A stretch of DNA of 32,000 nt from Desulfotalea psychrophila LSv54 (GCF_000025945.1 NC_006138.1:420001-452000); one strand, 5' to 3'. Shown: positions 19,985-28,099, numbered from the stretch's first letter. Program-made: numbers and translations. Notes: generated from the letters alone by a model not told the origin.

Positions 19985-20551
19985 TTAACCCCTAGATGAT
20001 AAATTAATAGTGTTAACAGAAGACTCAAAATCAGACTTAACAACAGAAGTCCACTCATTAAGTGATGCCCCTGGCGTTTGTCTTTTCTCATACACACCAG
20101 ATAAACTTACCTCTTGAAAAGTAGCCTCCTGCTTCATCAGTAGATCTTGATGGTGACCCATCATTTTTCCTTGATTCACAAGTATCTCATCCAACTTATC
20201 AGAAATGCCTGCTTCTTTTGCCACCCCACCAATTTGACTGACTATGTAGGTGTTAAGGGACACACCACTTTTTTCGGAACGTTCTACGAGTTCACGGTGA
20301 AGCTCTTTTCCCATACGGAGACGAACTTGCCCACTATACCCCTTATCTTCTTCTGGCTGCTTAACTTGAGGTAATGAAATCCCATTTTTCTTAAGTGAAT
20401 TAATAGCCATTTCAAGGACAATACGAGCATCCTTTAATGCCTCTTTTTGGGTTTCGCCAAAAGCAGACAAAAGAGGAAACTCAGGGAAAGTTACAACGAA
20501 ACAGCCATCTTCTTCACTCCAATGGATTTTTTTCGTAAATTTTTCTTTCAT
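19985..20551 (-). CDS. hicB: HicB-family antitoxin with extended C-terminus
   Basis: KIHWSEEDGCFVVTFPEFPLLSAFGETQKEALKDARIVLEMAINSL (HicB), then VRLRMGKELHRELVERSEKSGVSLNTYIVSQI (HicB-type RHH). Confidence 0.85.
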   Translation of the reverse strand: MKEKFTKKIHWSEEDGCFVVTFPEFPLLSAFGETQKEALKDARIVLEMAINSLKKNGISLPQVKQPEEDKGYSGQVRLRMGKELHRELVERSEKSGVSLNTYIVSQIGGVAKEAGISDKLDEILVNQGKMMGHHQDLLMKQEATFQEVSLSGVYEKRQTPGASLNEWTSVVKSDFESSVNTINLSSRG

Positions 20552-20552
20552 T

Positions 20553-20825
20553 CTATAGCCCTTCCTCTAATGAGTTGTCGTCAATGAATTGCACAAACTT
20601 TCTTACCTGATAAATCTTAGCCATTTTTTTATCTCCTTCCCTCGGTTGGAGGTTCAAAAAATGGTATGGATCATCGTGACGTTTGTACTGTTCGTGACTG
20701 CCGTCTGTGTGGTCATGGACAAAACCAAACGCCTTAACTAGCTTTTTAAGCTCTTTAAAAGAGACACTCGCGGGACTCTTCCTCGCTTTCTTTAGCAAAT
20801 TTGTAATTTTATCTTTTTTTGACAT
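20553..20825 (-). CDS. hicA: HicA-like toxin
   Basis: MSKKDKITNLLKKARKSPASVSFKELKKLVKAFGFVHDHTDGSHEQYKRHDD: dsRBD-like HicA with GSH motif. Internal ATG at 20825 fits the known N-terminus better than the 128 aa track ORF. Confidence 0.8.
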   Translation of the reverse strand: MSKKDKITNLLKKARKSPASVSFKELKKLVKAFGFVHDHTDGSHEQYKRHDDPYHFLNLQPREGDKKMAKIYQVRKFVQFIDDNSLEEGL

Positions 20826-21070
20826 AAGCAGCAAACCGTCTCTTTTTACCATTAATGGTACCACATTTGGTACCAGATGAGCAATATATAGATATAGTGC
20901 ACTGTGCACAATGCGCCAAATTATATTGTAAAGTGACACAGCTCAACAAACAGTGGCGTTTACTTACATTAAAAGCCCACAAAACATACATTTTTCATCC
21001 AATCATTCAATAGTACCATATACAGAATAGATAATACCGGCACTACCTCAAGAGGAAAAAGCACAAAAAA

Positions 21071-21104
21071 AGGGCGCAATTTCTATTTCTAGAAATTGCG
21101 CCCT
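21071..21104 (-). terminator. Strong intrinsic terminator hairpin, 14 bp perfect stem
   Basis: AGGGCGCAATTTCT-atttct-AGAAATTGCGCCCT; the minus strand reads into a T tract (aaaaaa on + at about 21065-21070). Confidence 0.75.
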
Positions 21105-21111
21105 AATCAAT

Positions 21112-21134
21112 TGGTGCGGAGGTCGAATTCGAAC
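21112..21134 (-). repeat. tRNA 3'-end-like fragment with CCA (possible att remnant)
   Basis: Revcomp GTTCGAATTCGACCTCCGCACCA: TTCGAAT T-loop, acceptor strand CCTCCGC, discriminator A, CCA. No matching 5' half adjacent. Confidence 0.5.
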
Positions 21135-21253
21135 TAATCCTGCAAACCCTTTATTCATGGGTAACAAGGAGAATTGAAAAAAATCAACACCTTCAAATAC
21201 ACACGAAAATACACACAGAGAAATACTGCTCTTTTGCTCATCTGTTAAGGTCG

Positions 21254-21302
21254 TCTTCCTCCTAAGCAGAGGTCGCGCGTTCGAATCGCGCCGGAATCAC
21301 CA
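21254..21302 (+). repeat. 3' half of tRNA-Arg(CCT) (att-type fragment or decayed tRNA)
   Basis: TCTTC-CTCCTAA-GCAGA, then GCGCG-TTCGAAT-CGCGC-CGGAATC-A-CCA. Anticodon loop, T-arm and CCA intact; the complementary 5' acceptor GATTCCG is absent upstream. Confidence 0.75.
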
Positions 21303-21308
21303 GCCATT

Positions 21309-21346
21309 AAAGGTGCTTACGTTTTTCACTGTAAGTGCCTTTTTTG
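21309..21346 (+). terminator. Intrinsic terminator following the tRNA-Arg fragment
   Basis: AAAGGTGCTTAC-gtttttcact-GTAAGTGCCTTTTTT. Confidence 0.7.
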
Positions 21347-21474
21347 TTTTTGGCTTTGTGACATCACGATGACATCATATTTTGTGATTTGCTTTTAATA
21401 TGTTAGCGTGGAATTTTCGTATGCTTAACAGGAGAAATAAATCACCATACATATTTAAATAATTGTGAGAAAAC

Positions 21475-21972
21475 ATGACTCAAAATTTCCCAAATTTATT
21501 AAAAAGAAACCTTTGGCATGTGACTAGCAGAGACAGATTCTTGAGTATGCAGTCCTCTGGTGCAATTCTCAGGTGTCCCCCTATTGCGGATTCAGAGCGT
21601 TGGGCAACCTCTCAAGGCCGAGAGCATTGGCCATTAGTAAGATATCTTGGTGGAATAAGTCTTTTTAATTTCAACGATTTTGATCCTGAATTATATACTC
21701 AAACTTACCCAATGTCATCTTGGCGCTCTTTTGTGCCCTCATGTCACCGATTTACTGAAAGTATTTGGATAGAGATAGATAAAGAAGCTATTATTGATAG
21801 TTTGCTTTTTGAGAAGGACCTAAAACAAAGAGTGGCTGAAAGGAATCTTTGGTGTCATAACAGGATGCCTTTGATTGAAATCGCATGTCTATGTGATATT
21901 GATATTGATAATTTTCTCAATGTTTTCTTGCATGATACCCAGGTGCTTGATTTTGTACCTTATGATGGCTAG
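21475..21972 (+). CDS. Hypothetical protein; N-terminus faintly resembles DarT/ADP-ribosyltransferase-type proteins
   Basis: LWHVTSRDRFLSMQSSGAILRCPPI...YLGGISLFNF...IWIEIDKEAI: an H-x-T plus G-x-L/I layout sometimes seen in ART-fold proteins. Weak. Confidence 0.4.
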   Translation: MTQNFPNLLKRNLWHVTSRDRFLSMQSSGAILRCPPIADSERWATSQGREHWPLVRYLGGISLFNFNDFDPELYTQTYPMSSWRSFVPSCHRFTESIWIEIDKEAIIDSLLFEKDLKQRVAERNLWCHNRMPLIEIACLCDIDIDNFLNVFLHDTQVLDFVPYDG

Positions 21973-21989
21973 GCATTTTACATAGTGAT

Positions 21990-22538
21990 CTATTTTATGT
22001 TGTAGATGCTGGCGCGTGAAACCCCGTATTCTTTGGCCAGTTCCGTAGGGCTGGTTCCCTTTGCTCTCTTTTCTTTAATTTCTGCTTTCTGAGTGCCAGA
22101 TAATATAGCTTTTCTACCAAGGTGCTTGCCATCAGCCTTAGCCTTTGCAATCCCTGCAAGCTGACGCTCTTTCCTCAGGTTCGTTTCAAATTCTGCAAAG
22201 ACTCCCAACATTTGCAAAAAAGCCCTACCGCTGGCGGTGGCTGTATCTATCGCTTGATCAATAATTTCAATAGTCGCACCTTTGCTTTCAAGCTCCTGGA
22301 CGATCTTTGATAAATCCAATACGTTTCTTGCTAGTCGGTCAAGCTTCCATACTACGAGTTTGTCACCCTCATGAATCATGTCTAAGATAAGTTGCAAGAC
22401 TCCACGTCCAGCTGTGGTTGTACCTGACTTCTTTTCTTCCCTGTACACACCCTCTGGATATTTTGCCTGTAGCTTCTGCTTTTGGAGACCTGTGTCTTGA
22501 TCTGTTGTTGATACTCGACCATAAAGAAAAATATTCAT
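21990..22538 (-). CDS. Serine recombinase (resolvase/invertase family)
   Basis: YGRVSTTDQDTGLQKQKL, VVWKLDRLARNVLDLSKIV, GRAFLQMLGVFAEFETNLRKERQLAGIAKAKADGKHLGRKA, C-terminal HTH LAKEYGVSRASIYNI. Confidence 0.92.
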   Translation of the reverse strand: MNIFLYGRVSTTDQDTGLQKQKLQAKYPEGVYREEKKSGTTTAGRGVLQLILDMIHEGDKLVVWKLDRLARNVLDLSKIVQELESKGATIEIIDQAIDTATASGRAFLQMLGVFAEFETNLRKERQLAGIAKAKADGKHLGRKAILSGTQKAEIKEKRAKGTSPTELAKEYGVSRASIYNIK

Positions 22539-22652
22539 TCCACGCCCTCTGTTTCTAAAAAGTGTCATTATTTGTATAAAAACATCTTAGACCTTTCTGG
22601 AAACAGTGTCAACAATATAAAAACAGACCTTTATGACGCATATTTTAAGGGT

Positions 22653-22676
22653 GTCAGAAAGGTATACCTTTTTGAC
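22653..22676. promoter_or_regulatory. Candidate serine-recombinase (res-like) binding palindrome
   Basis: GTCAGAAAGGTATACCTTTTTGAC: 24-bp near-perfect palindrome (one mismatched pair) with TGTCA/TGACG ends, near the recombinase start. Confidence 0.5.
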
Positions 22677-22688
22677 GCTTGGTGTGAT

Positions 22689-23378
22689 TTATGGCAGAGA
22701 ACTATTAGACCAGTTGAGATGAGGATGGTTTTGTTGTGTGTCGAAGATGTGGTTTTTATTTTCTTCGTCTAGCTCTATAGGTAGGTCGGCCCAAATTGAG
22801 AGATTATTATTCCATTCGCTTTCATAAAAATTTTTAAATATATATTTAATGAAAGTGCCAAAGCTCATAGCGTGGCCCACTCCCATTCGACATGAACTTG
22901 CTTGGAAATGTAAATGTGAAGCTGGATGATCTATAGTTTGCTGCTCAACATCAAAATCGAAACGCATAGGAGACCGGAGGACAAGGTACTCTTCCCAGTT
23001 TGACATATACAAATCTAATGCTCCAAGTGGCGTTTCATTCTCTATATCATCGTTAGGAATCAGTAAAGGGCATGGCCAATACCATAGACTGTGCTTTTTT
23101 AGCTTACCTCTTTTAAATGTATAGGAAACTCTGATAAACGCACCATCTTTGAGAATCGCATGAAATGCATTGTTCTCCAATATTGAACGGTATTGAAATA
23201 ATTTACCAAATGCACCATCAGCATTGTAACAGGCACCTCTTTCATGCCTGCCCCACGTTATCATCTCGGACTCATTATCTTGCTGAAGCACTGGTATGTT
23301 GTAAAAGTACAACAAATTCCTTTCTGAAAGAATTTTAAGTATATTGATAATGGCACATTGAGTCTTCTTTACTGTCAT
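22689..23378 (-). CDS. DUF2290-like protein
   Basis: 229 aa: FNGLFQ-type FGKLFQYRSILENNAFHAILKDGAFIRVSYTFKRGKLKKHSLWYWPCPL...FDFDVEQQTIDHPASHLHFQASSCRMGVG. Begins 3 bp after the helicase stop. Confidence 0.65.
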   Translation of the reverse strand: MTVKKTQCAIINILKILSERNLLYFYNIPVLQQDNESEMITWGRHERGACYNADGAFGKLFQYRSILENNAFHAILKDGAFIRVSYTFKRGKLKKHSLWYWPCPLLIPNDDIENETPLGALDLYMSNWEEYLVLRSPMRFDFDVEQQTIDHPASHLHFQASSCRMGVGHAMSFGTFIKYIFKNFYESEWNNNLSIWADLPIELDEENKNHIFDTQQNHPHLNWSNSSLP

Positions 23379-23381
23379 AAC

Positions 23382-25508
23382 TTAGCTTTGATTTGGTTTA
23401 GTTGAGGTTTGATTTTTCCCTAAGCTTTCCAATAAAGATTGCAATGCAGCAGAATTACTAGGAGACAAGGTTCCATCTTCAATTAATTTGAGGATTCCTT
23501 TTGCTGATTCTTCAGCTTTACGAATTTTTTCTTTCTCTTCAGGTGTACGATCTCTGTTTATCAATCTTAATTCTGCAAGTTCTCCTTTCGTTGGAACATG
23601 GAACTTCAGCTTATAAGAATTGTCCACGGTGCGTTGGATTTCATCAATTAGGATGTCCATATTACGACCATACCCACATAGACGCACCCATGCACGAGAT
23701 CGTGTTATAGCTGTGAACAAAGTGTTGCGTAACTTAATTAATTCATACCCTTGTGCGCAATAATTTGAATTTGCAAGATAAACCATGGGAGCTTCATTTC
23801 CCTTTGCTCGGTATATACTAGAAACTACAACTGAATTACGAATAAAGAAAACATCTGACCTTGAAGATACTCCAGCAAGATGACTATCTATTCCATGTCT
23901 TTGTAATGATTGAGCAAGTAAAGGGTATTTTGTTTTTGCTGTTAATGCATTTGGTAATATTATTAGAATATCATCAGGGTCAAGCTCATCCTCAGTGATA
24001 TTTTTGTTGATTTGTTCTGCTATCCATTCATACTGTGCAATTTCATCCTCAAACTTTTTCGTAATAACAGCATCTTCTTTTGTCAATAAGTCATCAAAAA
24101 ACCTAGGGCATGAATCGCTTCGCCGACTGAGTGTTACATCAGAGTCAAAATTTAAATTTCCGCTATCTATTTGATACCCGATCTCTTGCCAAAGTGACAG
24201 TTCATCAAAGAGTTGAACAAGACCATCGTCACGATAGATTCCAAACCCTAGAGCATGAGCTAAAGTCAAAGCCCATGGAGTATTTCTGTAGCAAATTGGT
24301 AAAATAATATCTTGCTGCGGCGAGTTTTCAACATTATTAATAGAAACATTCCCATTAAATAGATGCTGTACAGAAGTCATCTGAGTATTATTTAGATTTT
24401 GAAGTTCATCGTATGCCCAAACAATTCTTTTAGGTGATTTTGTTGCTAGATAAACAAGTTGAAAAAATGGCACTGGAAGGTCTTGCGCTTCGTCTATAAG
24501 TACAGCATCGTACAGTTCTACTGGTTGCGACTTCGCATAAGTTAGTAATTCTCCACAGGCACCATGAAAAGCATTATTGTAACCATATTGATTTTTTGCA
24601 GTACCAAAATCCATTGCTGGAACATTAAGTGAGTCAGCGATAGTTGAATAAATCCCAGAAGCACTGTAACTACCCCAAGCATGCAAAATATGGAGTTTTT
24701 CAAAATTTGGTTTATCTCCAGAATGCTCAATAGAAAATCTTTCTACTAAATCAAAAAATTGTTGGCTTAGAGATCGAGTATTAAATGTAATTGCAATATC
24801 CCACTCAGGATGCTCTGCATGTAGGTACGCAGCTTTTAACGCCAGTACTACTGTCTTTCCTGATCCAGCTAACCCCCGAACTCTTTGCGCCCCTTCTGGT
24901 GTCTCTATTGCCGCTTTCTTTTGCCATTGATCCAAATTTGCTATTTGTACTTCAAGTTTTTTTAAAATAGCTCCACGTGAATCAGTTCCTTTTACATTTG
25001 TTCTTTTTTTAATCGGCTTTATTGTTGTGACCCTTTGGATGGCAGCAACTAGCGATCGAAAAAAAGATTCGTCAACAGGGGCGCACTTTGTGAATATTAA
25101 GCTAATGTTTTTGGGATAAGCAAAATAATATTTATCATTGGTTTCATTAGTAAAGCTGTTGCTAGCTGGAAAAAACGAAACTATATTTGCAGTTACACCT
25201 AAACGCCTTCCTTCTCTTAATGCGTCGTGTCTGCCTAAACTACCTTCAATTGCATAAGCTAAACTGTCTTGTTGGGCTTGAAGCTCTTCAACACAAGTTT
25301 CTATTGGTGGAAAATTAAAGGCTACCAACCCAGGCACCTTAGAAAGTAGCAAGGCCTGAACGGTTGTTGAATTATCGGCAGACGCCATTATTGGATACCC
25401 AAGGTACAAGGTTCCATCAATAGCAAGATTTTGTAATGTCTCCGAAAGTATTTTAGCCGCAGTTGAATTTTTAACATTTCCCCAAACTATATCTAACGCC
25501 ATTCCCAT
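23382..25508 (-). CDS. UvrD/Rep-like superfamily 1 DNA/RNA helicase with N-terminal extension
   Basis: RVRGLAGSGKTVVLALKAAYL, YDAVLIDEAQDLPVPFFQLVY, IVWAYDELQNL, SSIYRAKGNEAPMVYLAN, RNTLFTAITRSRAWVRLCG. Confidence 0.85.
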   Translation of the reverse strand: MGMALDIVWGNVKNSTAAKILSETLQNLAIDGTLYLGYPIMASADNSTTVQALLLSKVPGLVAFNFPPIETCVEELQAQQDSLAYAIEGSLGRHDALREGRRLGVTANIVSFFPASNSFTNETNDKYYFAYPKNISLIFTKCAPVDESFFRSLVAAIQRVTTIKPIKKRTNVKGTDSRGAILKKLEVQIANLDQWQKKAAIETPEGAQRVRGLAGSGKTVVLALKAAYLHAEHPEWDIAITFNTRSLSQQFFDLVERFSIEHSGDKPNFEKLHILHAWGSYSASGIYSTIADSLNVPAMDFGTAKNQYGYNNAFHGACGELLTYAKSQPVELYDAVLIDEAQDLPVPFFQLVYLATKSPKRIVWAYDELQNLNNTQMTSVQHLFNGNVSINNVENSPQQDIILPICYRNTPWALTLAHALGFGIYRDDGLVQLFDELSLWQEIGYQIDSGNLNFDSDVTLSRRSDSCPRFFDDLLTKEDAVITKKFEDEIAQYEWIAEQINKNITEDELDPDDILIILPNALTAKTKYPLLAQSLQRHGIDSHLAGVSSRSDVFFIRNSVVVSSIYRAKGNEAPMVYLANSNYCAQGYELIKLRNTLFTAITRSRAWVRLCGYGRNMDILIDEIQRTVDNSYKLKFHVPTKGELAELRLINRDRTPEEKEKIRKAEESAKGILKLIEDGTLSPSNSAALQSLLESLGKNQTSTKPNQS

Positions 25509-25664
25509 GCCTCATTTTATTTGAAAAGAAAAATTACATTTCCAAATATTTTGAATAATCTATTATAACTACTCGTCTGCATAGTTCTTCACCTACTTAC
25601 ACAGACAATTTCTTTTGACAAAAAAAACCAACGATCGGCCTCTTGGCTTCAATCAACACCGAAG

Positions 25665-26348
25665 TTATTCCTTCACAAACTGATCTCCATGCCGGATTTC
25701 ATTGCATTCTAGAAAGTGCTTGTAGTCAGATACCCAAAAATTAATTTCTGATGATCTAACACTATACTTCTTCAAAATCATTTCTATTTGATGGGGGCTT
25801 GGTGCCATCCAGTTATCAAAGTCCAATAGATCCTGCATCTCACTAGCAGCTGCATTCTGGTTTTCAGTTGTTTTAGAATTAATAACGCTGGCTTGCTCCC
25901 TACCCATCACAACCCTTCTGATAATTCTATGGTAGATTACCGTAATTCCTTTTTTCCAATCTTTTTCTGCATTTTCAATTTGAGCATCTGTTGCTCCGAT
26001 CTGCCTTAAAGCGCAAATAATATTATCATGGATTTGGAGTCTTTTGGCCTGAGACATACCATCGATAAAATTACCTGCTATTAAGTCGGTTAGCGTAGCT
26101 TCAGAATTGGCCACAGCGACATTTCTCAGCTGCTCTATAGTTGCTGACGCTTCGTCAACCTTCTCTTTCATCTTAGCTTTCACCGGCCCTAATGAAAGTT
26201 CTGCTAGCTCGCTTAGCCTTGATACAAATGTCACAAATGCACCACATAATGCAGCAGCCCAACTAGTTGACTGATCTCCAAAATAAACACCAATAATTGG
26301 TGGGACAACCAAAGTAAAGACAATGCCAATCCAAAAAAGTAATTTCAC
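25665..26348 (-). CDS. Small membrane protein (two hydrophobic segments at the N-terminus) plus cytoplasmic domain
   Basis: LLFWIGIVFTLVVPPIIGVYF and STSWAAALCGAFVTFV, then a helical soluble region; 156 bp upstream of and co-oriented with the helicase. Confidence 0.55.
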   Translation of the reverse strand: MKLLFWIGIVFTLVVPPIIGVYFGDQSTSWAAALCGAFVTFVSRLSELAELSLGPVKAKMKEKVDEASATIEQLRNVAVANSEATLTDLIAGNFIDGMSQAKRLQIHDNIICALRQIGATDAQIENAEKDWKKGITVIYHRIIRRVVMGREQASVINSKTTENQNAAASEMQDLLDFDNWMAPSPHQIEMILKKYSVRSSEINFWVSDYKHFLECNEIRHGDQFVKE

Positions 26349-26636
26349 TCTTTTCTCCTCTCAACAGCCCAAATCCACAAATCACATTTCTATATTGCTG
26401 TTTAATCAGACATAACAATCCACTAGCATACTCTGTGTAAGTTTACAATCTTATTATAGCTTGAATGTCGTAGAATACCTTTAATAAGTACGAACATACG
26501 GTCTAGGAATATCCACCTGACGTTGCTCCAAGCAAAATAACTTGCAACACAACCCCTGTCTAGTTTATGTTGTTTTCGTTGCTGGCAAAATCCAGCAGCC
26601 GAGTTTGGACGCTCGGACGCAAACGGTGGATACATG

Positions 26637-26659
26637 CCACCACTATTGGTGGTTTTTTT
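26637..26659 (+). terminator. Intrinsic terminator in the leader upstream of the candidate antisense RNA
   Basis: CCACCA-CTAT-TGGTGG-TTTTTTT. Confidence 0.75.
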
Positions 26660-26702
26660 ATGCCCTTTACGGGTATACTGTATCCGTCGCATAGTCGCTT
26701 TT

Positions 26703-26781
26703 GGGTGACTGTGTGGGAGACCTTCGGGTCTGCCGATTCCGTTTGATCGGTCGTCCAACCCGCATAGTCGCCCTTTTTTTT
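26703..26781 (+). ncRNA. Structured small RNA, candidate C4/P4-CI-like antisense immunity RNA
   Basis: Outer stem GGGTGACTGTGTGGG (26703-26717) with CCCGCATAGTCGCCC (26759-26773), 15 bp with 3 G-U pairs. Inner hairpins AGACC-UUCG-GGUCU (26718-26731) and GCCGAU...AUCGGU (26732-26751). Followed by TTTTTTTT. Confidence 0.65.
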
Positions 26782-26831
26782 GTTTGGACGCAAAAAATGG
26801 GCTTAGACCACTTCCAAACGGAGCTAGTACC

Positions 26832-27095
26832 ATGCGTAAAGACCATATTGCTGTAGACCACCTCTCTCAACTCCCTGAAGATTTTCTCCTAGCTATCCAA
26901 AAACCAGAAGGACTCCCCATCAATCCTATCGGGATTGCCCTGGAGCGTTGCAAATCCATTCTCAACAGTTTGCAATCATGCGGAGAAGAACCCCACTTCA
27001 CGATTCAACATAGCGATGTCTTAGGTTGCCTTAATGCTATCGAGGCCAATATCCATATGGTTGGCAAGATGATCAACCATGCAGTGGAGGGCTAA
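26832..27095 (+). CDS. Small hypothetical protein preceding the replication gene
   Basis: MRKDHIAVDHLSQLPEDFLLAIQKPEGLPINPIGIALERCKSILNSL; 2 bp before the next CDS. Upstream part of the 103 aa track ORF overlaps the structured RNA/T-tract, so the internal ATG is preferred. Confidence 0.6.
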   Translation: MRKDHIAVDHLSQLPEDFLLAIQKPEGLPINPIGIALERCKSILNSLQSCGEEPHFTIQHSDVLGCLNAIEANIHMVGKMINHAVEG

Positions 27096-27097
27096 CC

Positions 27098-28036
27098 ATG
27101 AACAAGGGATGGGTAAAAATAGACAGAGAACTCCTAGAACATTGGAGCTGGAACGGTGCGATTTTTTCAGAAGGTCAGGCTATTGTCGATCTGCACTTAC
27201 GGGCCAGCCACAAAACAAGAACAATTCGCCTACGTAGTGGTTTAGTGACTATTCACCGTGGACAACTGGCAAGATCCGAGAACACCCTCGCCAACGATTG
27301 GGGGTGGAGCAGAGGCAAGGTAAGGCGCTTTTTATCTCTGCTTGAACGTGACAACATCATCGGCCAGCAAAAGAACAACCAAACGACCATCATAACTATC
27401 CTCAATTACGATGTAAAAGAGGATAGCAAGAACACCACTCCTGCCCAAGGCGGTACAGCATGTGGTATACGAATAAGAAAGAAAGAAGAAAGAAGTAATA
27501 AAAGAAAAGAAAAAAAGAACACAATCCCCATCGGCGATCCTCTGCCCGACAAAGCACAAACAGTCCACCGTGAGCTTATCCCTTCTGGCTTCGCTTTTGA
27601 TACTTGGACAAAGATGCTTGCCTACCTGCGAACAAAGGGGGCCTTGGCTGGCGGAAGAATCAAAGCAATTGTTACTGAGATTGCCAAAGCAAAGGCTCTA
27701 AGCTTTTCTCCGGCCGACTGTTTAGCCTGTATGCTGCATCATGGCTGGCGTGGGTTCAAAGCCACTTGGTTATCAACCAGTGCCTTCTATCGTGAACGTA
27801 TGGCCCAAGCCGCCAACCATCATTGGCAAGATGAAACAAAGCGAACACGAAAGAAAATAGAGAGCTATGAGAAGCCACAGCCCACCAACAGGCGTCGCTG
27901 GTTATTCGATGAGAGCTATATGCTCAAGCTTGAAGGCAGGATCACACAGAAGCAACGAGACGACATCATAGCGGGGATACTCGATATCACCTCTTTCCTG
28001 TCGAGAAAAAGCACTGCTCATTGCCAAAGAGCATAG
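27098..28036 (+). CDS. Phage/plasmid replication-initiator-like protein (winged-helix, DnaD-like N-terminus)
   Basis: GWVKIDRELLEHWSW...GQLARSENTLANDWGWSRGKVRRFLSLLERDNII is characteristic of phage replication/helicase-loader wHTH proteins. Confidence 0.7.
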   Translation: MNKGWVKIDRELLEHWSWNGAIFSEGQAIVDLHLRASHKTRTIRLRSGLVTIHRGQLARSENTLANDWGWSRGKVRRFLSLLERDNIIGQQKNNQTTIITILNYDVKEDSKNTTPAQGGTACGIRIRKKEERSNKRKEKKNTIPIGDPLPDKAQTVHRELIPSGFAFDTWTKMLAYLRTKGALAGGRIKAIVTEIAKAKALSFSPADCLACMLHHGWRGFKATWLSTSAFYRERMAQAANHHWQDETKRTRKKIESYEKPQPTNRRRWLFDESYMLKLEGRITQKQRDDIIAGILDITSFLSRKSTAHCQRA

Positions 28037-28099
28037 CTTAAAATCGTGCCCTGTTTCGCTGTCTTGTTCTTTGAATATGAAATAGCTGTAACACGCCCT

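Noticed and set aside
21254-21302. Calling a functional tRNA-Arg gene
   Set aside because: The 5' acceptor strand and a proper D-arm are missing, so it is reported as a fragment only.
26423-26833. Minus-strand ORF of 136 aa across the leader
   Set aside because: It covers the terminator and structured-RNA region, and its composition is explained by the hairpins and tracts.
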